Positions 56,185-64,000 of a stretch of 64,000 nt of DNA are shown here, piece by piece (position 1 is the stretch's first letter; every line of letters starts with the position of its first letter). Both the position numbers and the translations under genes were made by a program. The notes under the pieces were generated by a model. It was not told the DNA's origin. It saw only the letters and a list, made by a program, of their open reading frames with translations, and did no database searches. Source of the stretch: a virus (Duplodnaviria > Caudoviricetes); IMG/VR virus record IMGVR_UViG_3300017755_000003, positions 20,218 through 84,217 of that record. One strand, 5' to 3'.

Positions 56185-57641
56185 TGATAAGTTGTAGAAT
56201 AATAATACAAGATGAAGTTAACGTCAAGGTAGAAAATTTACCTGTTGAATACAGACGTAAGATAGCTAACAAGCTGAAGTTCCAGGTGCCCTATGCACGT
56301 TACCTTCCTCAATATAAACTAGGGAGATGGGATGGAACTGTGGCTTTTTTCGGAATTGGTGGTACTGGTTACGTTAATCATTTGGATATCATTGTAAACA
56401 CACTTGTAGAAGCAGGTGTTGAAATTGCAGACATTGTTGATCATAGAGACAAACATGATCTTACATTTGATGAGATAGATGAAAACTATTGGGCTCATAA
56501 GAATTGGCCTAAAGGACATCCAGCTGAAGGACAACCAATCATATTAAGAGATTACCAAGTGGAGACTGTTAACAAATTTATAGAAACTCCACAATGTTTA
56601 CAAGAGGTGGCAACTGGTGCAGGTAAAACAATTATTACTGCTACACTATCGCACTTATGCGAGAAGGTAGGTAGAACACTTGTTATTGTACCAAACAAAT
56701 CACTTGTAACACAAACAGAAGAAGATTATGTAAATGTCGGACTAGACGTAGGCGTTTACTTTGGCGATAGAAAAGAACTAGGCAGAACACATACAATTTG
56801 TACTTGGCAAAGTTTAAACATACTAGACAAGAAAACAAAAGATGGAGAGGCAAAACTAACACTAGCTGAATTTTTAGATGGTGTGCAAACAATTATTATT
56901 GATGAAGTTCATCAAGCAAAGGCAGACGTATTAAAGAAATTACTAACACAAAACTTAAGAAATGCACCCATACGTTGGGGCTTAACAGGAACTATACCCA
57001 AGGAACAGTTTGAATTCCAAAGTATACTTGCAAGTATTGGTCCTGTGATTAATCAAATCAGTGCAAAGGAATTACAAGACAAAGGTGTATTATCCAAGTG
57101 TCATGTAAACGTTGTACAACTGCTTGATACTAATGTATACAACTCTTATCAAGAAGAACTCAAATATCTTGTAACAAATAAAGATAGAGTTAAATACTTG
57201 GCCAAGATGTGTAGCAACATTAAGGATAGTGGCAACACCCTAATACTTGTAGATAGAATTAGTGCAGGAGAACAACTCTGCGAAGCAATACCCGATTCTG
57301 TTTTTATTAAAGGTGATGTTAAACTAAAAGACCGTAAAGAGCAATATGATGAAATTAAAGAAGCAACTAACAAAGTACTTATCGCGACATATGGAGTCGC
57401 TAGTGTGGGCATTAACATTCCTAGGATTTTCAATCTCGTACTTATCGAGCCTGGCAAATCTTTTGTAAGAGTAATTCAATCAATAGGTAGAGGCATTAGA
57501 AAAGCCGAAGACAAGGACTTCGTACAAATTTGGGACTTAACTAGTTCATGCAAATATGCGAAGAGGCACCTCACATCTCGTAAAAAGTTTTATAAAGAAG
57601 CAGAGTATCCTTTCACAATAGAGAAGGTTGACTGGTCATGA
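56184..57641 (+). CDS. uvsW: SF2 DNA helicase (UvsW-like)
   Basis: WDG, LRDYQ, ATGAGKT, DEVH, GLTGT, ATYG..S.GINI, QSIGRG.R, RK.FY....YP. Confidence 0.9.
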   Translation: MISCRIIIQDEVNVKVENLPVEYRRKIANKLKFQVPYARYLPQYKLGRWDGTVAFFGIGGTGYVNHLDIIVNTLVEAGVEIADIVDHRDKHDLTFDEIDENYWAHKNWPKGHPAEGQPIILRDYQVETVNKFIETPQCLQEVATGAGKTIITATLSHLCEKVGRTLVIVPNKSLVTQTEEDYVNVGLDVGVYFGDRKELGRTHTICTWQSLNILDKKTKDGEAKLTLAEFLDGVQTIIIDEVHQAKADVLKKLLTQNLRNAPIRWGLTGTIPKEQFEFQSILASIGPVINQISAKELQDKGVLSKCHVNVVQLLDTNVYNSYQEELKYLVTNKDRVKYLAKMCSNIKDSGNTLILVDRISAGEQLCEAIPDSVFIKGDVKLKDRKEQYDEIKEATNKVLIATYGVASVGINIPRIFNLVLIEPGKSFVRVIQSIGRGIRKAEDKDFVQIWDLTSSCKYAKRHLTSRKKFYKEAEYPFTIEKVDWS

Positions 57642-57862
57642 AGAAGTTTACTGTAGAAATAAAAGTTGGAGACGAAGTACAAGTAGGACGTTTTAGAAAC
57701 GTTAGTGCTAAAATTAAAGACATACAGATAGATGCAAAAGGTCAACCCGTCATAGTAACTAGTAAAGGGCCTAAGAATTTGTTTAGTTGTAGACTAGCAA
57801 AACTTGATCCCGATACAGGCAACTTAACGCCAAAACAAATAATGGATAAGAAAAGTAAATGA
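57638..57862 (+). CDS. Small basic hypothetical protein (KOW/SH3-like)
   Basis: IKVGDEV.VGRF.N.....I..D.KG; ATGA coupling on both sides. Confidence 0.55.
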   Translation: MKKFTVEIKVGDEVQVGRFRNVSAKIKDIQIDAKGQPVIVTSKGPKNLFSCRLAKLDPDTGNLTPKQIMDKKSK

Positions 57863-58365
57863 GAATATTAACATTAGAAAACGAAACGTTTCATCTGAAT
57901 AACTTACCAGAGGAACTAACAGAAGACGTCCGCTTTAGTGTGCTAGATAATAGCAATCCTAAAGAACCTGATTTCTTTTTTATGCCTTTAATATTTCTAG
58001 AAAGTTTTAATTCACCAGCAATGGTACTAGAGATAAACGGTAAAGAAATCACAATGCCAGTTGATTGGAACCTAGCAGTAGGAGATAGTGAAGGAGGTGG
58101 AGATATAGAAGTGTTGCCTTTAACAAGTTTAAATGATAGAGGCTTTGAAGCATTTCTTTTTAATCCATTAACAAGCTATACAATGAATTGGGGAGAAGTA
58201 AAAATTACAAACTTCTACAATGATATGAAATGGTATTTTCCTAAAACTAAAAACGGACAACTATTAGGTGTACCAATTACGGACGGACCTAAGCCTTTAT
58301 GTGCTTGGTTCATTAAAGATATTAGTAGACAAAGTGAAATGATAGATTATGGATTACTCATCTGA
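57859..58365 (+). CDS. Conserved hypothetical protein, possibly a degenerate Hint-like fold
   Basis: 168-aa ORF; see findings. Confidence 0.6.
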   Translation: MRILTLENETFHLNNLPEELTEDVRFSVLDNSNPKEPDFFFMPLIFLESFNSPAMVLEINGKEITMPVDWNLAVGDSEGGGDIEVLPLTSLNDRGFEAFLFNPLTSYTMNWGEVKITNFYNDMKWYFPKTKNGQLLGVPITDGPKPLCAWFIKDISRQSEMIDYGLLI

Positions 58366-59077
58366 TAAAATAGTACTAGAAGTATACACTAACCAACAAT
58401 ACGTAATGGATCAGTGTCAACCCACGTTGGCAAAGAACTTTATACCTGAGTGGTGGAAGAGCTTACCAGCTCAGAGAACACATACGAATTTACATACAGG
58501 CGGAAGTCCTGTACCAATTAGTAGCATGAAACAATGTCCTGCTATTAATGAAATACTAAAGCAAGGTGTTATATTTCCTAGTTGGTGTGAACTACATCTT
58601 AAAGCTGATAAGATGGGTAGACTAGATCAAAGAGTGTTTCCAGAACATACTGCAATGATACCACATGATGAACAAGATTGGACTTTCCATAAGCCAGACT
58701 ACTCTCATGTTAAGGTTGGTAGTCCTTGGTTAATAAAAGAATCCACAGGTGTAAAATGGTTGTGGATAAAACCTGAATGGCATCAAAAAGACCCAACTGC
58801 ATATTGGGGTGTACCTGGTATTGTTGAATACAAACACCAACACGCAGTACTTAACAACATAATGGTTAAACACGGTACAGAAGTAAAAATCAATACTGGA
58901 GATCCTTGGTTGCAATTAATTCCAATGTCAGAAAAGCCAATTGAGGTCAAATGCCAGCTCGTGAGTGATACAGAAATGAATAGATTAAATACTACTAACA
59001 TAAGTTCTGTTGGAAGTTATGGCAAGTCAATTAGGAATAAAAAACGTCAGGAAGGTAGATTAAATGAAAACGATTAG
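58349..59077 (+). CDS. Hypothetical protein (beta-barrel/dUTPase-like family common in marine phages)
   Basis: P.WWK.L, MK.CP.I......G...P.W, K..SPW...., PG.V, I..G.P..QLIP. Confidence 0.55.
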   Translation: MDYSSDKIVLEVYTNQQYVMDQCQPTLAKNFIPEWWKSLPAQRTHTNLHTGGSPVPISSMKQCPAINEILKQGVIFPSWCELHLKADKMGRLDQRVFPEHTAMIPHDEQDWTFHKPDYSHVKVGSPWLIKESTGVKWLWIKPEWHQKDPTAYWGVPGIVEYKHQHAVLNNIMVKHGTEVKINTGDPWLQLIPMSEKPIEVKCQLVSDTEMNRLNTTNISSVGSYGKSIRNKKRQEGRLNEND

Positions 59078-59627
59078 TGAAGAATATGTTCATCAGTTGT
59101 CACAACTGCATGATGCAAAAGCATCTTTCGGAGATGCAAAAGGATTAAAGGCTATTGAAAAATGGTTAAAAGAATTTAAACCTCAATCAATTTTTGATTA
59201 CGGTTGTGGTAAGGGCGGAGTGGTACAAGCACTCAGAGAAAATTACAAAGACATTAATGCAGTAGGTTGGGATCCAGGGCACCCAGAGTTTCAAGAAAGA
59301 CAACCAGGACCATTTGATATGCTTATTAGTACTGACGTTCTAGAACATATCGAACCTGTGTTCCTAGACAACGTGCTAAAAGATATGCACGAAACATTTG
59401 CCAGAAACGCATTCCTTATTATTGCTACAAGTCCTGCTAAGAAGTTTCTACCAGACGGACGTAATGCACACTTGATTGTTGAAACACCAGGTTGGTGGAA
59501 AGACAAGATTGAACAAAATATGCCTGGCATTAAAATTATTCATCATGAGTTTGTAGAAAAAACAAGAACAGATAAACAAGGTAAGGTTCACCCAAACAAC
59601 AAGTATATTGTAGTATTGGGGAAGTAG
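59064..59627 (+). CDS. Class I SAM-dependent methyltransferase
   Basis: FDYGCGKG, G.DP, D....TDVLEHIEP, K.LPDGRNAHL.VE...WW. Confidence 0.85.
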   Translation: MKTISEEYVHQLSQLHDAKASFGDAKGLKAIEKWLKEFKPQSIFDYGCGKGGVVQALRENYKDINAVGWDPGHPEFQERQPGPFDMLISTDVLEHIEPVFLDNVLKDMHETFARNAFLIIATSPAKKFLPDGRNAHLIVETPGWWKDKIEQNMPGIKIIHHEFVEKTRTDKQGKVHPNNKYIVVLGK

Positions 59628-60353
59628 ATGTCGTTTACTAATTTAATTACTAATGCGATTGATACTGTAGTAGATGACTTACGTGCTAAAGGTAATCCTA
59701 GTGTTTGCGAACTAGGTAACCAACGTATAAAAAATAATAAATCAAGAGCTGTAATGTTTAATAGACTAAACATTCACAATCAAACTATTACTTCTACCAA
59801 AGACTTTTTCCTTGCAATAGGATTCAAAGAGTATGTTGCTATCGATGTTAACACAGAGAAAGATGCAATAGCAATGGATCTTAATACAGATATCAGTAAA
59901 CAATACAATTATAATAAACAGTTTGATCTAGTCACTAACAACGGTACAGGCGAACACGTATTCAATCAATATACAGTATATAAAAATATGCACGATCTAA
60001 CAAAGGTAGGAGGGTATATGATTCATGTACTTCCTTTTTATCGTTGGGTTGATCATGGCTTCTTTAACACACAGCCTAACTTGTATCCTTGTTTAGCAAA
60101 TCAAAACGATTACGATTTGTTAGGACTATGGATAGGAACTAGTGATGGACAGAAGATTGAGAAGTGCAAAGTTACTGCATTAAGAAGATACAAAGGTTAT
60201 AGACACGACTTCCAATTAGATACTTGGGAACGTGACCCTATGGTTGTTGCTATTATGAAGAAGAAAAATAACAACAAATTTCAGATCCCACAGCAGGAGT
60301 TGTATGCGGGAGATAACATCACCAGCGATGAGATAAGTGACAGATATAAATGA
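59628..60353 (+). CDS. SAM-dependent methyltransferase-like protein
   Basis: ELGNQ, Y.AID.N, DLN, FDLVTN.GT.EHVFNQ, K.GG..IH..P, DHGF. Confidence 0.7.
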   Translation: MSFTNLITNAIDTVVDDLRAKGNPSVCELGNQRIKNNKSRAVMFNRLNIHNQTITSTKDFFLAIGFKEYVAIDVNTEKDAIAMDLNTDISKQYNYNKQFDLVTNNGTGEHVFNQYTVYKNMHDLTKVGGYMIHVLPFYRWVDHGFFNTQPNLYPCLANQNDYDLLGLWIGTSDGQKIEKCKVTALRRYKGYRHDFQLDTWERDPMVVAIMKKKNNNKFQIPQQELYAGDNITSDEISDRYK

Positions 60354-61120
60354 ACAATCAGTTAAGTGTATTACAAAATTTTAAACCAGAAAACCTGAAG
60401 ACGGATCCGTTTCCTTACATATACATTCCAGAAGTTTTACCTTGGGACTTATATGAAAGACTAGAAGCAGAGTATCCTGAACAGCATTGTACTAAAGGTC
60501 AAACAACAGGCTTTGGTACTATGCGTTACCAACAACACGAGTTTGATTACGAGAACGTAGTAACTCCTTTATGGCGTGACTTTGCCGCATATCATACAAG
60601 CAAAGAATATAAAGACGAGCTTATACGTGCATTTAGAGAGCCTATGACACAGCTATATCCTAAGGGTAGATTCGCAGAAGACCTATACACAAAGTATATA
60701 AGGTCAGATACTAGTCCTAGAAAAGCACCTGTAGGTTCAACAGTAAGAATGGAATTACAATTTGTAATGAACGCAATAGATCACAAACACATACGTACAC
60801 CACACGTAGATCAATCAAAAGAATTATTTGCTTGTTTGTTTTATTTTAAGAAGCCAGAAGATACTAAAGAAGATGGCGGACTAAACATTTATAGAAACAC
60901 AGCAGGTAAACAATGGAGAAGGGTAACTGGTCGTGAAGCAGTAGCAGACGACATTGAAGTTGTAGATCATGTACCTTACAAACGCAACACAATGGTTTGC
61001 TTTTTAAACTCTGTTGATAGTCTACACGGTGTTACACCAAGAAATGAACCAACACATATAAGACGTTATGTTAACATTGACGGACATATTGTTGAGAAGT
61101 TATTTGCGTTTCAAGATTAG
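60350..61120 (+). CDS. 2OG-Fe(II) oxygenase-like protein
   Basis: DPFPY, PHVD..K.., GGL.IY, N..V.FLNS..SLHGVTPR, RRY.N. Confidence 0.75.
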   Translation: MNNQLSVLQNFKPENLKTDPFPYIYIPEVLPWDLYERLEAEYPEQHCTKGQTTGFGTMRYQQHEFDYENVVTPLWRDFAAYHTSKEYKDELIRAFREPMTQLYPKGRFAEDLYTKYIRSDTSPRKAPVGSTVRMELQFVMNAIDHKHIRTPHVDQSKELFACLFYFKKPEDTKEDGGLNIYRNTAGKQWRRVTGREAVADDIEVVDHVPYKRNTMVCFLNSVDSLHGVTPRNEPTHIRRYVNIDGHIVEKLFAFQD

Positions 61121-61128
61121 GAGTAATA

Positions 61129-61485
61129 ATGAAAGCAGGAAAAATATGGGGACAAACAGAACTTATCCATGCAAATGGTGTTCTTGAGTTTCACAGAATA
61201 GAATTTAAAAAAGGATTCAAATGTTCAGAGCATGAACATCAATATAAATGGAACGGATTCTTTGTTGAGTCGGGCAAGATGCTTGTTCGAGTTTGGCAAG
61301 ATGACCAAGGACTAGTTGATGAAACTATTCTTGGTGCTGGTGAGTTTACTCAGGTTAAGCCTGGTAAGATTCATCAGTTTGAAGGTATCGAAGACGGTGT
61401 TGCCTTTGAATTGTACTGGGCGGAGTTTAACCATGATGACATTGTTAGACGTACGGTTGGTACAGAAGTAGAAAAACAAAAATAG
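61129..61485 (+). CDS. Cupin-domain protein
   Basis: K.WG.TE, CSEH.H..KWNGF.V..G, PG..HQFE, ELYW......DI.R. Confidence 0.75.
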   Translation: MKAGKIWGQTELIHANGVLEFHRIEFKKGFKCSEHEHQYKWNGFFVESGKMLVRVWQDDQGLVDETILGAGEFTQVKPGKIHQFEGIEDGVAFELYWAEFNHDDIVRRTVGTEVEKQK

Positions 61486-61497
61486 AAGGAGGAACGA

Positions 61498-62142
61498 ATG
61501 TTCTCAAAACTACTTGACGGTGTTGATAAAGCACTTGTCACAAAACTTGTAATTTTACACACATTGGTTATTGCTGTGTCTAATTACCTCGTAACAATTA
61601 GATTTGATTTATTCCCCGGCGCAGAACTACCATTGTTTGGTAGCTTTCCATTAGCGGCGGCGGCTTTTACTTTTCCGATCGTAGTTGTTGCAACTGACTT
61701 AACTGTTAGGTTAGTTGGTAAAGAAGCAGGAAGGGCCGTTGTTGCAATGGCAATTATTCCGGCTATCGTTGCATCGGTGCTTGTATTACTTGCACTAGGT
61801 GACGAACACGCATATAGAGTTGGCCTTGCATCAGGTACTGCATACGCAATTGGTACGATGTTAGACGTGTATGTGTTTCAACATATTAGAGAAAAGTATA
61901 CTGATATGTGGTGGGCGGCTCCGGCAATTTCAACTGTCGCGGCAAACGTCATTGACACTTACGCATTTTTCTTTACTGCATTTGCAGGATCGACAGACGC
62001 AGAAGGCAACTTGACTTGGATAGGTGAGAACTGGCACATCGTAGCACAGAACAACACACTAACTAAGATTGCTGTAGGACTAATTGTGTTCCTACCAGCA
62101 TACGGAGTTTTACTATCTTATCTCAAAAAGAGAGTTAAGTAA
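61498..62142 (+). CDS. yhhQ: Queuosine-precursor (preQ0/preQ1) transporter, VUT/YhhQ family
   Basis: Multi-TM; H..VIA.SNYLV, AFTFP....ATDLTVR..G...., R...AS..AY..G..LDV.VF, WW.AP..ST...N..DT..FF..AF, K.......F.P.YG..L. Confidence 0.8.
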   Translation: MFSKLLDGVDKALVTKLVILHTLVIAVSNYLVTIRFDLFPGAELPLFGSFPLAAAAFTFPIVVVATDLTVRLVGKEAGRAVVAMAIIPAIVASVLVLLALGDEHAYRVGLASGTAYAIGTMLDVYVFQHIREKYTDMWWAAPAISTVAANVIDTYAFFFTAFAGSTDAEGNLTWIGENWHIVAQNNTLTKIAVGLIVFLPAYGVLLSYLKKRVK

Positions 62143-62151
62143 TATCAATTA

Positions 62152-62175
62152 ATGTAGGCCCTTCGGGGCCTACAT
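62152..62175 (+). other. cUUCGg hairpin (terminator or mRNA-stabilising element)
   Basis: ATGTAGGCCC-TTCG-GGGCCTACAT perfect 10-bp stem with no clear T-tract. Confidence 0.7.
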
Positions 62176-62191
62176 AACTACGGAGAGTCCA

Positions 62192-62461
62192 ATGGGGACA
62201 TTAATACCTGGAGAGGCACTTATTTACGAAAGGGTTGACGAAGTGGTATATGCACGATACCGAGATGCTCCACACAATACTATACCAAGATGGGTAGTAG
62301 GTGGAAATCCAAAACAAATGGATATGTTTTACGGACAAGAGTACGAAGATATAATTGAAGCATCCAAACATTATCCAACACTCAAAAAACAACTTGACAA
62401 ATTGCAAACAATATGGTATACTATAAGAGATGAAGCAAAAGAGAAAACTGCCACTGAATGA
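62192..62461 (+). CDS. Hypothetical protein
   Basis: 89-aa ORF with a GGAG SD; IYER...VYAR. Confidence 0.6.
   Translation: MGTLIPGEALIYERVDEVVYARYRDAPHNTIPRWVVGGNPKQMDMFYGQEYEDIIEASKHYPTLKKQLDKLQTIWYTIRDEAKEKTATE
62394..62422 (+). promoter_or_regulatory. Sigma70 promoter with an extended -10
   Basis: TTGACA-17 bp-TATACT, preceded by TGG; ATG at 62430. Confidence 0.7.
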
Positions 62462-62897
62462 GATCTTTATGGCCATGGACATGAACGGCAAGAGTGCGTT
62501 CAATGAATGGTCTGAAGAAGAACGAAAAGAAATTAACTATTGGTTATTAAATCGATATGCTAGTTCCGTTTCGGGTTCAAGAGAAGCAAAGGAATTGGCT
62601 GTGGTTTTGACAAATGAAAACTACAACAAGAATTGGAATGTACTAGGTACTAGGCATCCAAAACTACAATGGCAGTTGTTGTGTACACTACACAATGCAA
62701 AGAGTTCTAGCAAACATCATGTGTGGCAAGGACTAAAACAAAAAAGCGGTGACGTAAAAATAATTAAATTCTTAAAGGGAATGTTCCCTAACATGAAAGA
62801 AGATGAGGTAGAACTACTTGCTAAATTATCTACAACAAAAGAACTTAAACAGTACGCCGAAGACCTCGGGATGGATAAGAAAGATGTCAAACTCTAA
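62430..62897 (+). CDS. Clamp-loader small subunit (T4 gp62-like), putative
   Basis: ..LNRY.S, NE..N, HPKLQW.LL, H.W pattern resembling gp62. Confidence 0.5.
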   Translation: MKQKRKLPLNEIFMAMDMNGKSAFNEWSEEERKEINYWLLNRYASSVSGSREAKELAVVLTNENYNKNWNVLGTRHPKLQWQLLCTLHNAKSSSKHHVWQGLKQKSGDVKIIKFLKGMFPNMKEDEVELLAKLSTTKELKQYAEDLGMDKKDVKL

Positions 62898-63570
62898 ACC
62901 TTATACTTGCGGATACTGTGGAGCGAGTTTTACAAGAGAGAAAACTCTAGCAGTTCATATGTGCGAAAAGAAACGTAGACATCTACAGAAAGATGAGAAA
63001 CGTGTACAACTTGGCTATTTGACATTCAATAGATTCTATAAGCTATGTCAGAAAGCAAAGGAGAATAAAACGTATGAACAGTTTTGTGATAGCCCATACT
63101 ACAACGCATTTGTAAAGTTTGGATCATTCGTAAACAATGTACGTCCTTTGTATCCAGAGAAGTATGTTGACTATGTTGTTACAAGCGGAGTAAGATTAGA
63201 TCATTGGTGCAGAGAAGAGATGTATGAACGTTATGCACTAGAACTAATATTAAAAGAAAGTGTAGAAACTGCACTAGAACGTAGTGTAAAAACTATGATG
63301 GATTGGGGTGATGACAAAGAAGCACGTTGGCAAGATTACTTCAACTATGCAAGTTTGAATAGAGTATGTCAAGATATTAAAGATGGAAAAGTAAGTCCAT
63401 GGTTAGTATTAAATTGTAAGAGCGGAAAAGAGATGTTAGGTAAAATGAATGATGAACAATTACAAATAGTGTATCATGTTATGAATCCTAATCATTGGGC
63501 TATGCGTTTTAAAAGAGGCGTAGCAGATGTTGAACTAGTGAAAGAGATTGTTAAAGAAGCAGGACTATAA
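62884..63570 (+). CDS. Zinc-finger protein (C2H-C type N-terminus); likely start 62884
   Basis: YTCGYC...F.RE.TL..H.CE.KRR. Confidence 0.65.
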   Translation: MSNSKPYTCGYCGASFTREKTLAVHMCEKKRRHLQKDEKRVQLGYLTFNRFYKLCQKAKENKTYEQFCDSPYYNAFVKFGSFVNNVRPLYPEKYVDYVVTSGVRLDHWCREEMYERYALELILKESVETALERSVKTMMDWGDDKEARWQDYFNYASLNRVCQDIKDGKVSPWLVLNCKSGKEMLGKMNDEQLQIVYHVMNPNHWAMRFKRGVADVELVKEIVKEAGL

Positions 63571-64000
63571 TGCCAGATATTGATATTGACTTTGCAAATA
63601 GAGATGTAGTGCTTGATAAGTTAACGCATCGTGTCGCAAGGTTAGACAAAAATAAGAAGCACAACACAGGAGTATATGTAACGGAATGTCCGCACAATCC
63701 TGTTGATATGTTATCTACATTAGATCATAAGACAGCAGAAGATAGAGGATATTTCAAATTAGACTTTCTTAATGTTTCGCTATATAAAGATATAAAAGAT
63801 GAATCGCATCTTACTAAACTTATGACGAAGGAACCATTATGGGATTTACTCACAGAAGCAGAATTCACAAACAAATTATTTCACGTAGGAGAACACAGTT
63901 CCCTGCTAAAACAACTGAAGCCCAAGACGATATTAGAACTAGCGGCGACACTAGCGATAATAAGACCCGCAAAAAGATATCTGCAAAACAGCTCTTGGGA
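63570..64000 (+). CDS. Compact DNA polymerase III alpha (DnaE)-like catalytic protein, 3' end outside the window (not in the ORF track)
   Basis: Manual translation from the TAATG overlap: MPDIDIDF...KHNTGVY...GYFKLDFLN...LA.IRP. Confidence 0.8.
   Translation, partial: MPDIDIDFANRDVVLDKLTHRVARLDKNKKHNTGVYVTECPHNPVDMLSTLDHKTAEDRGYFKLDFLNVSLYKDIKDESHLTKLMTKEPLWDLLTEAEFTNKLFHVGEHSSLLKQLKPKTILELAATLAIIRPAKRYLQNSSW

Noticed and set aside
41782-57641. Introns or inteins in terL, uvsX or uvsW
   Set aside because: The lengths and motif spacing are normal and uninterrupted
58-59773. Many short antisense or alternative-frame ORFs in the track (e.g. 969..1310, 4371..4766, 20492..22330, 34353..36404, 45788..46666)
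   Set aside because: They lie wholly opposite or inside long, well-supported genes and lack RBSs or motifs. They are expected shadows of the codon bias.
61440-61497. preQ1 riboswitch upstream of yhhQ
   Set aside because: There is only a 12-nt gap after the cupin gene; an A-rich stretch is present but no recognisable aptamer stem-loop
1-64000. tRNA, rRNA, integrase or transposase genes; bilin reductase, heme oxygenase or lyase genes
   Set aside because: None was recognisable and the intergenic gaps are short. Bilin enzymes, if present, must lie outside this window.

Overview
This 64-kb window comes from a large, AT-rich T4-like (myovirus-type) bacteriophage genome. The gene content resembles uncultured marine jumbo phages, and the host cannot be determined from the window. 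Layout: (1) 1-24638 (+) giant tail or virion proteins, three Cys/Gly-rich paralogs with tail-chaperone-like partners, and an embedded GT9/SGNH/carbamoyltransferase/methyltransferase operon; (2) 24639-31635 (-) neck gp14, gp15-like, Nudix, ADP-heptose genes hldE/hldD, a cupin and 2OG-oxygenases; (3) 31684-45563 neck gp13, dNMP kinase, tail sheath and tube, gp4, terminase subunits and acidic head-type proteins; (4) 45702-64000 gp32, UvsX, UvsY, peroxiredoxin, a glycan-modification cluster, UvsW, methyltransferases, a YhhQ-like transporter, a gp62-like subunit and the start of a very compact DnaE-like polymerase. The most striking observation is that two giant virion proteins carry five helical domains with a K-C-x-R-D...L/I-x-x-G-G motif. 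Four have exactly the spacing of the bilin-binding Cys84 region of phycobiliproteins and the fifth has an insertion. Nearby are an intact type-1 copper (cupredoxin) domain and proteins with about 10% Cys, suggesting a pigment- or metal-loaded virion tail. Also notable are the apparent avoidance of GCWGC across the window and many apparently leaderless transcripts. All family calls are motif recognition by eye; no searches were run.
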